Origin: Felis catus
Taxonomy: Eukaryota
Direction: 5' to 3'
Length of the DNA: 64,000 nucleotides
NCBI RefSeq assembly: GCF_018350175.1
Contig: NC_058384.1
Span: 66,960,001-67,024,000, forward strand
The notes under the pieces are model-generated. The model made no database searches. It saw nothing but the letters and a program-made list of their open reading frames with translations, and had not been told where the DNA came from. The position numbers and the translations under genes were made by a program. Below, piece after piece: positions 15,575 to 33,500 of this stretch (within the stretch, counting starts at the first letter, position 1; each line of letters opens with the position of its first letter).

Positions 15575-16250
15575 TTCATTTATTTATTTACTTACTCATT
15601 TTTGAGAGAGAGCAAGAACGCAAGCAGGGAGGGGCAGAAAGAGGAGGAGGAGAGAATCCCAAGCAGGTTCTGCACACGAACCCTGAGATCATGACCTGAG
15701 CCGAAACCAAGAGTTGGACGCTTAGCCTGCTGAGCCACCCAGGCACCCCAGTTTCAGGTTTTATCTGCAGGGGGAAAAAAAAGGGGTGACAAGAGCTGGG
15801 GAAGAGAAGTGACTCAGGCATTCATGAGCCCTCAGGCTTTGCTGGGGGAGCTTAAACGCAGTACAGAAAATTAACCCAATACCTTGAGGATTTCACTCGA
15901 GTCCAGAAACACAGAAAGGAATTCGAGTCGGTAATCCCAGGGCCACGCTCACTTCCTCTATGTTTCTCTTCTCTGTGCCAAATCCCTCAGCACTGACTCT
16001 GGGCTGTACCCATTTGCTGCTTTAAAGTTATTTTCCAAGGGGCGCCTGGGTGGCTCAGTCGGTTAGGCGTCCGACTTCAGCTCAGGTCACGATCTCACAG
16101 TCTGTGAGTTCGGGCCCCGCGTTGGGCTCTGTGCTGTCAGTTCAGAGCCTGGAACCTGCTTTGGATTCTGTGTCTCCCTCTCTCTCTGCCCCTCCCCCAC
16201 TCACGCTCTGTCCCTATCAAAAAATGAATAAACATTAAAAAAAATTTTTT
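15575..16250. mobile_element. SINECs 15575-15749 (-) and 16038-16250 (+)
   Basis: Characteristic head, (CT)n block and A tail. Confidence 0.88.
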
Positions 16251-16399
16251 AAGTTATGTTCTGATAAAATAATATATGCTAACTCCAGAAAATTTGAAAT
16301 TCAGGGAAAAGGTACAAAGAGGAGGAAACTCTTACCCATAATCCCTTCACCTAGGAACGGCTGCTTATAACATGTTCGTGTTCTTCCTTTGTTCTCGTG

Positions 16400-18480
16400 T
16401 GCCTGTGCATTTTTTAAAGGTATAATTCACATGCTGTAAAATGCAGTTCAGTTGTTTTTAGGATATTCATGAGTTTAGCTGCCACCACTATGTAATTCCA
16501 GAACAATTCACCAATCTAAAAAGAAGCCCTGTACCCAGATCAGTCACTCTTCATTGCCCTCTCCCAAACTGACTTGTGTCTACAGATTTGCCTGTTCTGT
16601 ACATTGTGTGTAGACGGAACCACACAGGATGAGGCCTTTGTCTCTGGTTTCTTTCACCTGGCACGTTGCCAAGGTTTCTCCACATTGTGGCGAGCACCGG
16701 CCCTTCACTCCTTTTGATGGTCAAGTAATATTGCATTGCGTGCGCCTCCCATGTCTCATTTATCCATCCAGCAGTTGATAGATGTTTGGGCTGTTTTCAC
16801 TTCTTGAATGTCATAAATGATGCTTCTATTAACAATCACATACAAGTTTTCATACAGACATAGGTTTTCAGTTCTCTTTGGGCGCACACCCAGGATGNNN
16901 NNNNNNNNNNNNNNNNNNNNNNNNNNNNNNNNNNNNNNNNNNNNNNNNNNNNNNNNNNNNNNNNNNNNNNNNNNNNNNNNNNNNNNNNNNNNNNNNNNNN
17001 NNNNNNNNNNNNNNNNNNNNNNNNNNNNNNNNNNNNNNNNNNNNNNNNNNNNNNNNNNNNNNNNNNNNNNNNNNNNNNNNNNNNNAANNNNNNNNNNNNN
17101 NNNNNNNNNNNNNNNNNNNNNNNNNNNNNNNNNNNNNNNNNNNNNNNNNNNNNNNNNNNNNNNNNNNNNNNNNNNNNNNNNNNNNNNNNNNNNNNNNNNN
17201 NNNNNNNNNNNNNNNNNNNNNNNNNNNNNNNNNNNNNNNNNNNNNNNNNNNNNNNNNNNNNNNNNNNNNNNNNNNNNNNNNNNNNNNNNNNNNNNNNNNN
17301 NNNNNNNNNNNNNNNNNNNNNNNNNNNNNNNNNNNNNNNNNNNNNNNTGTCCTTTGGACCACAAAAGTTTTAATTTTAAGAGATTTAGAGAGGGGTGCCT
17401 GGGTGGCTCAGTTGGCTAAGCATCTGACTTTGGCTTAGGTCACGATCTCACTGTTTGTGAGTTCAAGCCCGGCGTTGGGCTCTCTGCTGTCAGCACAGAG
17501 CCTGCTTTGGATCCTCTGTACTCCCTTTCTCTGCCTTTCCCAGGCTTGTGCTCTCTCTGTGTCTCACTCAAAATAAATAAATAAATAAAACATTTTTAAT
17601 TAAAAAAAAAAAAAAGAGCCTTAGAGATTTAGCTCCTACATTGAGTTCTCTGATCCATTTGGAGTTAGTTTTAGCATGATATGAGGGAAGGGTCCAAATT
17701 CTTTTTTTTTTTTTTTTACATCTGGCTATCCAGTTGTTTCATCACCATTGTTGAAAAGACTATTCTAGGGGCGCCTGGGTGGCACAGTCGGTTAAGTGTC
17801 TGACTTCAGCCAGGTCACGATCTCGCGGTCTGTGAGTTCAAGCCCCGCGTCGGGCTCTGGGCTGATGGCTCAGAGCCTGGAGCCTGCTTCCGATTCTGTG
17901 TCTCCCTCTCTCTCTGCCCCTCCCCCGTTCATGCTCTGTCTCTCTCTGTCTCAAAAATAAATAAACGTTAAAAAAAAATTTTAAAAAAGAAAAGAAAAGA
18001 AAAGAAAAGAAAAGACTATTCTCTCCCCATTGAATCCTGGCATTCTTGTTGCCAAAAAATTGTCCATAAATTTATGGGTTTATTCCCGGACTCTGGATTC
18101 TATTCCATTGACCTGTACATCTATCCTATACCAGAACAACACTCTTGATTACTGTAGCTTTGTAGTAAATTTTGAAATAGGAAAGCATTAGTCCTTCAGC
18201 TTTGTTCCTTCTCGAGAATGTTTTGGCTATTCTGGGCTCCTTGGATTTCCATATGAATGTTTGGATCAGCTTGTCAATTCATGCCAAAAAGCTGACTGGG
18301 ATTTTGATAGAGACTCTGTTGAGTCTGCAGATTCATTGTGTTGAATTTGGAGAGTATTGTGACATTAAGTCTTCCCATTCATGAACATGGGCATCTTTCC
18401 ATTTATTTAGATCTTCCTTATTTTCTTTCAGTAACATTTTGTTTTCATGTACAAGTCTTGTACTTCTTTTGCTATATTAC
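16400..18480 (-). mobile_element. Old L1 (L1M-type) 3' region, interrupted by an N gap and two SINECs (17391-17614 +, 17768-18012 +)
   Basis: L1M-like text (catttatccatccagcagttgatagatgtttggg; ggctatccagttgtttcatcaccattgttgaaaagactattct; gattactgtagctttgtagtaaattttgaaat). TSD aaaagactattct around the second SINE. Confidence 0.8.
16898..17347. other. Assembly gap: 450 positions of N with two called bases (aa, 17086-17087)
   Basis: Seen directly. Confidence 0.99.
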
Positions 18481-18520
18481 TTTAACGCTTAACTGTCTTA
18501 TTCCTTCTGATGCCGTTACT

Positions 18521-18915
18521 TATGGATGTTTAACAAGGCTGAGCCCTTACCTATGGACGCTTAACAAGAATGAGCCCTTCTGTTAAGTTTCTCAAGATCC
18601 ACACATGAGTGAAAACCGATGTGGATCCTGAGAAACGTAACAGAAGACCATGGGGGAGGGGGAGGGGGGAAAAAGTTACAGAGAGGGAGGGAGGCAAACC
18701 ATAAGAGACTCTTGGATACTAAGACCAAACTGAGGGTTGATGGGGGGTGGGGGAGGAGGGGAAAGTGGGTGATGGGCATGGAGGAGAGCACCTGTTGGGA
18801 TGAGCACTGGGTGTTGTATGGAAACCAATTTGACAATAAATTATGTTAAAAACAACAACAACAAGAATGAGCCCTTACCTATGGATGTTTAACAAGGATG
18901 AGCCCTTCCTATGGG
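18521..18915 (+). mobile_element. 5'-truncated, 5'-inverted carnivore L1 (about 18580-18859) inside an approximately 31-bp minisatellite
   Basis: L1 3' end (gatgagcactgggtgttgtatggaaaccaatttgacaataaa plus A-rich tail); TSD aacaagaatgagccctt at 18563-18579 and 18860-18876; repeat unit tatggatgtttaacaaggctgagcccttacc on both sides. Confidence 0.85.
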
Positions 18916-19524
18916 CGCCATCTTGTATCTGCTCTTTTCAATTCAATTACATCATAGACATTTCCCCCAAGTTATTAAGAATCCTTCTTCAACATCATAT
19001 TTTAAGGCTGCATGTTAGCCCACCGTGTGGTCACACTAACTTATTTGGCCATTCTGTTGTGGGCTATTTAGGTTCTTTACAATTTTTCCATTTTTAGATA
19101 TTACTGTAGTAAGTATTTCCATGTACCGTGCTATGTCTGCAAGTCAGATTACCTCCTTCTAAGTACTCGCGTATTCTTGTTCTAACAGCCTTTGTTCCTA
19201 CTCTTGTGAGGAGGCGTGAGACTCCACGTCACTTGGAACTCCTTGAGGCCCACTTCCCTTGCGATCCCACACCGTCCCCAGGGCCAGGCCTGCACCTTCA
19301 AGGGAGGCTCCTTCAGAAAGCTTCGCCCGGGGGCCCCCCGAACACGGGCAGGTGCAGCCATCTTACTCCCCACCCCCACCCCAGTACTGTGTCCTAACCT
19401 CACCAGAGCTCGTGTTCCTGTGATATAAATGCTTGGCAACTTGTTGTATCTCAACAAGACTGTGAGGGCCAACAAGACAGAGCACTTTTATACCTCCAGC
19501 CCTTGGTCTATGGAAAGCCCTTAA

Positions 19525-19653
19525 TGGGGGCACCTGGGTAGCCTCCATCAGTTGAGGGTCTGACTTGCTTTTGGCTCAGGTCATGATCTCACAGTTAGTG
19601 AGTTTGAGCCCCGCATCGTGGTCTGCGCTGACAGCGTGGAGCCTGCTTGGGAT

Positions 19654-19684
<31 letters not shown>

Positions 19685-22600
19685 CTGCCCCTCCCATACT
19701 TTCTCTCTCTCAAAATAAATAAACTAAAAAATATGTTTAAAAATATTAAAAAAAAAAAGAAGACCCTTAATAAATGTTTATTGAATAAATGAGTCAGGCA
19801 GAACACAGAGCTCAAGGCCTTAGACCAGAATAGGGGCCCTGGGTCCGGAATTAGGGCCACTCGGGTTTTAGAGTGACCCACAGAGTATTGTGAGCTGGGA
19901 AGGGCCCCTGCGGTTCCCTCATTCCGGAGTTTTCAAACTTCTTTTATCACCACAATATGATGTAAGACATTGGATAGGGAGAGGAGAGAGAAGAAATGCA
20001 GAGGGAGGTGGTGGAAACTGAAGCCCGGTCTGGGGATTCCCTCAGTGGCCCCCGAGAGACCACAAAAAAACCAAGTCTGTAAAGATGATTTAACTAGTCC
20101 AACATTCTAATTTTCCAGACAGGGAAAGGGTGCTCTTGAGCAGAAGTGACTTGTTCAAGGTCCCAGAGTTAGTGGCAGAGAAAAGGACTCAGAAGTGACT
20201 CCCATTCACAGAAGATTCCAAAACTGAATCCAGTGTCTGAGGAGCATCTTCGTAGCAATCACGAAGAATTTCACTAGGCAAGCATCTAGAATTCCACTAA
20301 CCGAGCGCCATTGTTTAAACTAGTGTTCCCATGTAGCATTTTTTTAAATGTTTATTTATTTTTGAGAGAGGAGGAGACAGAGCGCTAACGGGGAAGGGGC
20401 AGAGAGAAGGAGACACAGACTCGGAAGCAGGCTCCAGGCTCCGAGCTGTCAGCACAAAGCCGGATGCGGGGCTCGAACCCACCAACCCTGAGATCATGAC
20501 CTGGGCCGAAGTCAGAGGCGTAACTGACTGAGCCACCCAGGCGCCCCTCCATGTAGCATGTTTAAAAAAAAAAAAATGTGTATTTATTTTTGAGAGAGAG
20601 AGGGAGAGGCAGAGAGAGGGAGAGGCAGAGAGAGGGGGAGACAGAGAATCCCAAGCAGGCTCTGCGCTGTCAGTGCAGAGCCCAACGTGGGGCTCGAACT
20701 CACTAACCGTGACATCATGACCTGAGCTGAAACCAAGAGTTCAACGTTTAACCGACTGAGCCACCCAGGCGCCCCCCTCCTCCCTCCGCACCACATTTAG
20801 CATATTTTAAAAGTAAAGTTAATTTTACGGAGAAAATATGATGAAGAGGAGTGTGACAAAGTGAGCAATTGTGACAAACCTTACCGGGAGATGCCGGTTT
20901 TTCTCTTCCAGTTTCTGGAGCAGGTGCACCCTTAACTTCCCGTAAATACTGATATAGGGAGGCCGATGGGCGGATTTTTTCAGGTTTTAGTTCTGCGGGG
21001 GGCTTGGTGAGGCCCAGGCACAGTGGGTGTGGCTGGGGGCATTGCAACTTCTCCTGCTAACTTGCTAGCCAAGTGCAGCTAACTGCACAGTTTGCTCAGT
21101 GGAGCCACCTTGCAAGTGCAAAGTCCCCAGCTTGGCGCGCGCTCCGGGCCCCACCCCCACCTCCTCCAGCCCCACTCACGGTGTCAACGACCCCGGCCAG
21201 GCCAGAGGCTCCCGAGTCAGGGCATCACCAGTACCAAAGAGGCAGGTCCCGGCACAGCGTTTGATGAGCCTACTCAAACCTCCAAACGCCTGTTCCCGCA
21301 AGCTGAGCACTGGTCCCGCCGAAACCACTCCCGAGGGGCCCCCTCCCGACCCCTGCGCACTCCCCGGAGACTCCTTCCCCACGTCTGTGGCGGGACTAGC
21401 TCAGCGTCGCAGCCAAAGCTGTTCTCGGCGTTCCCGGGGCCAGTTAGGACAAGTCCCTCGGCCGCTCCGGGGCTGTAGGCTGGCGGCGAGTAGAACACCC
21501 CCGAACCTCCGGACACGGGCGCGCGCGAGTTTCCATGGCAACCATACCCGCCAGGGAGCCTCCGCAACACCCACCAAGCCCCAAGGACCCGGGCTTCCGG
21601 GGCCCGAGATGGTCTCTATGGTTTCGGCAGCCTAGAGGGGCCGAGTCCCCGGCACTTCCGGGAAGATGGCGGCGCACTGGTCGGAGGAGGCACGTGTTCC
21701 TGCGGAGAGGGCCCCGCGGTGACGGTAAGGGGCTACCGCCCTCCGCGACGGTGGCATTCGGAGCCCGGGCTCGGGAGCAAAGGCTAGAGCAGGAGAGAAG
21801 CTTTGCCCGGCGGGACCGCGGCGGGAGGGCTGGGATTTAAACCTCACGAGGAAGGAGGCTAGGGAGAGGGTAGCTGCCCTTTGGAACTGCTGTCAGGAGA
21901 CTGGCCTAGGCCACTTTCCCAGAAAACTCAGGTTGACAGGAGAGGAGATAGTTCGTGCAGGCGCGCCCGCAGACTTAACAGAGCCTGCGGCGCGCAGTCT
22001 GGGATCTAGTTGCTTCTGTCCACAGTTATCCATGGGCAGCGGGCTAAAGCAGCCCCCACCTGTGTCATACCGGCTGGACGCATTCTCACTCCGGGCGCTG
22101 CGTTAAGCGCACTGGGGTTAGAGAACAAAGTCCGACTCCGATTTCCAGGGCGAATGGTTTCTGCCACGAGGGAGAGGCTGCGGTAAACCTTTCGTCGGGA
22201 AGCACAGAGAGCCCTAAGAGACCGAGGGGGTATTAACACCAGTTCTGGGATGTCTGAGATCCCGGATCCACGACTTGCCAGCTCTCTGATTTGGGCGGGT
22301 AGTTAAACTCCTCAGTGCCATTTCTTCGTTTGCAAATGATGGCAACACTTGCTAGTAGGATTGTTGGGAGGAGGAAATAAGATAATCTGTGTAAAGCAAT
22401 TAGCAGCATGCTGGCATCGAGTAAATGTGTTCGTGTTAGATGTTTTTATTGTTGAAATTTGGGGGCTGATGCATCAGTGATAACTTCTGGGAGGAGGCAG
22501 AGTTTTGAGGTAGCCTTAAAGGCCCCAGTGTCTTTTTACCATTCTTAAAAATTCAAGAAGCAAGACAGAGCCATTTCTTCATTCAGCGCTTTTCTGTTGG

Positions 22601-22938
22601 GATTCTCAGAGTATCAGGTTTTCAGGTAATCGTCCTTTAATCGTCCTTCACGGTAAGAACGTGAACAGAAATGGAAGTCATTCTGAGTTTGTTTTCATAC
22701 CTAACCAGACTGGTCATCATTGTTTTGTTGTTGTTGTTGTTGTTTTAATGTTTATTTTATTTTTTGAGAGACAAGAGAGCGAGCGGGATTGGGGCAGAGA
22801 GAGTGGGAGATCTAGAATCTGAAGCAGGCTCCAGGTTCCGAGCTGTCGGCACAGAGCGGGCCTCGAGCCCATGAACTGTGAGATCGTGACCCAAGCTGAA
22901 GCCGGACGCTCAACCAACTGAGCCATCCAGGCGTCCCT
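19525..22938. mobile_element. SINECs 19525-19760 (+), 20339-20547 (-), 20561-20776 (-), 22720-22938 (-); MIR about 22270-22420
   Basis: Characteristic heads and tails; TSD ccatgtagcat around 20339-20547. The span also contains the GPATCH4 promoter, listed separately. Confidence 0.85.
21520..21724 (+). promoter_or_regulatory. GPATCH4: GPATCH4 CpG-island promoter and non-coding exon 1
   Basis: CpG-rich 21380-21850; RFX X-box GTTTCCATGGCAAC 21529-21542; ETS ACTTCCGG 21654-21661; YY1 AAGATGGCGGC 21663-21673; donor ACG|GTAAGG at 21724/21725; probable exon-2 acceptor tctccttttctcttgaag| at 23417-23418. Confidence 0.7.
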
Positions 22939-23448
22939 TTGTTGAGTATTCTTATAACTCAGGTTAAAAGCCTCTCAGCTTTGTTTTTACATGGTAATAA
23001 ACGGTGGGAGATGTTGTCAGGCAGTGGCGAAGAGCAGGGAGTCTGCAGACAAGATGTCTGGTTGCCGTCTACACATCAGCTGTGTAACCTGGAGCAAGTT
23101 GCCTAACCTCCTTAGGCCTTAATTTCCTCATTTCTAAAGTAGGGAGAGTAATACCTTTCTGAATGCAGAGTACTCTTCCCGGGCTGGGAAGATTGAGTGA
23201 AATCATCATGTGGTGAGCTCTCGGTACATTTCAGTATTATTATTGACACTAGGATTTGACTTTTCGACTTGCTGACCTCTCTGTGGTCAGACAGGGAGCT
23301 CCCCAAAGACTGGGCCTCCTTCCTCTGTCTCTGCCCCGGGTTCGGAAAAGAATTTTTATGAGAGCAGCCAGGATGGATTTGATGGGTGATTTGGGCACTT
23401 TCTCCTTTTCTCTTGAAGGGATGAGAATGATGTCGTCTGCTCTGCTGA

Positions 23449-27338
<3,890 letters not shown>

Positions 27339-27687
27339 AGGGCAGGTCAAGGCGGGGCTCTACAGATTCCTTTTCAGGACTTAAGTCTGAGACCCCAGTG
27401 GACGAGGGCTCCTGCGCCCTCCCCGTGGAGTCCCTCCCAAGGAGGAAGCCGAGTGCCGGAGCGCCAGCTGCTCACAGGACGGTGTGGGCACAGCGCTGGG
27501 GACTGTGGGGACAGGAAGGCAGAGGCCCTCTGGAGGGGCACCCTTGCTGAAGGCAGATGCAGGTGTGGGCAGAATGGACTCCAGCCCATAGCCTGCCAGT
27601 GTCAGCACTAGAAAAAATGGTTAGCTTGGGCTCCAGGCCAGGTCAAGTCCTGACTGGCCTCTCCACCCCCCACCTGCTAACATCCTA

Positions 27688-27693
27688 AATACA
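27688..27693 (+). terminator. Variant polyadenylation signal AATACA, candidate GPATCH4 3' end
   Basis: I found no plus-strand AATAAA between the stop (27338) and the NAXE stop; AATACA is a known minor hexamer and is followed by T-rich sequence. Confidence 0.35.
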
Positions 27694-27928
27694 AATTCGT
27701 TTCCTGGGATGCCTCTGAAGGGATTTCTTCTGTTCACCTCCATCTTGCTACCCTGTTAGTGGACGGAGAAAGCTCAGAGAACCTCACTTGGGTTTTTTTT
27801 CAGCACCTGAAAGTCCATTTTCATTGCCCTCAAATGCCACGGCCACCTCCCTTGCCTGCTCCGTTCTCCCAGAAAGGTGGCGCCAGGTCTCATTCAGTTG
27901 GCTGTCCGGCTCCTGCCACCCAGTAACT

Positions 27929-27990
27929 TTTATTGCCAGAACAGCTCCCAGGACCCCACGGCGCTGGGAGGGGGGCGCTAAGTCTTTATT
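27929..27990 (-). terminator. Tandem AATAAA polyadenylation signals of NAXE
   Basis: TTTATT on the + strand at 27985-27990 and 27929-27934, about 26 and 82 nt past the NAXE stop. Confidence 0.75.
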
Positions 27991-28015
27991 GGGAAGGACG
28001 CCCGCCCGTCTTCCC

Positions 28016-30520
<2,505 letters not shown>

Positions 30521-30650
30521 TGGACTGCTCCGGCTGGAAGAGCGGTACTCGAGAGACAAGTGATGGTGGGAAACGAAGGTTTGCTTTATTCAGGAAGAGA
30601 GTACACTAACACCCCAAAGGCCATCTTCCCCATCCGCACAGCTGAGGGTT

Positions 30651-33377
30651 TAAAAAAAAAAAACGTTTTTTTTTTAAATCTTTATTTTTGAGAGAGAGAC
30701 AGAGACAGAGTGAGAGCAGGGAGGAACAGAGAGAGAGGGAGACGCAGAATCCGAAGCAGGCTCCAGGCTCCAAGCTGTGAGCACAGAGCCCAACGCAGGG
30801 CTCGAACCCACAAACCGTGACATCATGACCTGAGCCGAAGTCGGAGGCTTAACCGACTGAACCACCCAGGCGCCCCCAAGCCAGAGGGTTTTAAACGGGA
30901 GGGCGGTGCCAGAAACGTGGGGGCTGGTGCAAAGGAAGCTGGTGCCTGGGCCCTTAGTCGTTTGTGGTCATGATCTTGGGCAGGCCTTACCTCCCAGAGA
31001 GCCTGATCCCTCATTCCTCAAGGCCAGTGGTCTAATCCCTAGGAAAGTAGGTGTTCTGCTACAGACCAAGGGACTTAGGTGGGCAAGCAAGGAGCCCCTA
31101 AGCTTGAAGTAAGTTAACCCTTTTTTTTTTTAAGTTAACCCTTAAGAGTGGTTGCAGTGCTGTTTACAGTATAATTTAAGACCCCTCTCCCAAATACATT
31201 AGCTGTCCCTACCTCTGCTTACCAGGATAGCATGCTTCATTTCTCTCATCATACATAATACTTGTTCCCTGTCATCAACATAATAGCTATGGAAATACAA
31301 AGTTATAAACCTTAAATAGGTTGAGAGTGTCATGGTTAAAAATGTAGTTGAAACCATAGACTCCAGATTCCAATAACATATCAAGAAACACCTGGAGGGG
31401 AAGACTGCAGTTTGTACCCAAGAGGTTTTAAGAACGCAAATACAAAAATAAAAAAATAAAAACTAAAAAGAGGGGTGCCAGGGTGGCTGAGTCAGTTAAG
31501 CATATGCCTTCGGCTCAGATTGTGATCTCAAATTTGGTGAGTTTGCCGCTGTCCTCTTCAGATCCTCTGTTCCCCTCTCTCTCTGCACCCCCCCCTCAAA
31601 AATAATAGATAAAATAACTAAATAAATAGAATGCAAACACACACCCTCACATACTTAAGCCGCGGAGTGTGGGCGGGGGGAAGTCTTGGGAATAACACAC
31701 CAGTTACCACTAAGACATTAAGATAAAGTAATTAACCAGGTGAAGGTCCTGTTTTCATGTTATTTTTCTGTGCCATGAATTGTATCCTGGCTAGTTCACT
31801 GAGAAAGGCAACAACTCCCCCTGCTTTTAATTACTCTTCTGCTATTCTCCTTTTGAATAATAAAAGATTTATCATCTCCTGTAAGATGTACCCTTGTCCC
31901 CCAGCTATGTTAGTTTTACACGTTTGTTGTATGAAATAGAATTTATCAGACTGCATTTGCGGTGGAAAATTGTTTTTGTTAGACTGTGTGTGTGGCTGGA
32001 AATTGGGTTTTTACATCTAAATTGTAATGTACCTTACAATTGGATAATCTTATCCAAGACCTCATTCATTTTGTACCATCACCAGTATGTAGAAGTCCTT
32101 CCTCTTTTTGTTAGGATCTCTTTTTTTTGTTTTTAAGTAATCTCTACGCCCAACATGGGGCTCGAGCTCATGACCCCGAGATCAAGAGTCACACGCTCCA
32201 CCAACTGAGCCAGCCAGGTGCCCCCTGAAGATTTATTTCTAAAACACAATATGAAGCAGCAACCCTGTTATCGTTCCCATTTCACAGAAGAGCAAACTGA
32301 GGCTTCAAGGTGTTGAACCACGTGCCCGATGACACAGCGGTAGCTGTTGGCGGAGGGGGAGCTAGGGTCCAAACAGCCTGACCTAGAGTCTGCACTCTAA
32401 GGCATTATTCTGTACTGAACTGCCCTCTCTGGTGTGGAAATACGTAATTAAAGGGTTGTCATTGCTATCTTCATTCTGATGAGATGTTAAGTGTAGGACA
32501 GTGACACAAGCATATCTCACCCCATGTCCCCAGGAAGTGGAGCCGAAGACCTACTCCATCCTATTTCTGCTTCCAGGCTTCCAGAGTTTTCTTTGAGAAA
32601 TGCCTTCAAAACCAATTTATTAAAGGCTCATGGATCGAGCACTCCTGAGTTCCGGATGCTTACACATTTCACCCTGTCGATCCTACGATGCATTTTTATC
32701 CTCGTGTTATAGATGAGGACGTTGACTAGCACAGAGAGAAGTCATTTTCCTAAGATAATACAGCTCTTCAGTAGTAGAGTCAGTGACGGTTGACACGGGG
32801 TTGGCCTGACCCCGTGGTGATACTCCCGTGTGGCAGCTGCCGCTGCTTGTCCCTCAAAATCCACTCTCCTTTCTTCCTTCGGCAACAGAACCCCGGAGTT
32901 TTATGTGGCCACACGGCTGCCCGGCTACACACTACATTTTCCAGTCTCCCTTGCAGCAGCCGGGCACGTACATGTGACTAAACTCTGACCAATGAGGTCC
33001 GAGCAGAAATGACTTGAAACTGCCAGATGGCACCTTCGAAAAAAACGCAGGGTTTCCTCCACTTCCTTTTTCCTTCTTACCGGCAGGAATGAAGGTGCTA
33101 TGCCGCGGGTGGGGCAGCCAGTTTAGGACATGGCATGGGAATGCTGTGTGGGGGACGGCAGAGCGTCCTGCCTGACTCCCTGAGCTCCAGGAAGCCACCG
33201 CCTCCGTGGGGACTGCTTACGTGAGACAGGAGTAAAGTTCTCTCTGTTTAAAGGCACAGTTACGGGGCTCCTGGGTGGCTCGGTCGGTTAAGCGTCCTGC
33301 TCTCGATTTCAGCTCAGGTCATGATCTCACCGTTCGTGGGTCGAGCCCCGTGGCTGGCCTTGCAGAGCCTGCTTGGG

Positions 33378-33417
<40 letters not shown>

Positions 33418-33500
33418 CCCCCATCTCTCTCTCATAAATAAATAAATGGTAGATTACATTGGACTCTGTTACAGCTGGTGAACCTGCATCCAAATCAACA
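30651..33500. mobile_element. NAXE-TTC24 intergenic repeats: SINECs 30651-30876 (-), 31472-31625 (+), 32120-32225 (-), 33263-33446 (+); MIRs about 32250-32400 and 32690-32800; MLT1J-like LTR about 32820-33500
   Basis: SINE heads and tails; MLT1J-like catgtgactaaactctgaccaatgag. Boundaries of the old elements are approximate. Confidence 0.75.

Noticed and set aside
16756-17438. ORFs of 164-202 aa made of X
   Set aside because: Produced by translating the N gap. Both flanks are L1, so the gap most likely hides L1 sequence, not a gene.
18521-18915. Approximately 31-bp repeats separated by other sequence, superficially CRISPR-like
   Set aside because: Mammalian DNA; units are directly tandem and the single 'spacer' is an L1 insertion with a TSD; no cas genes.
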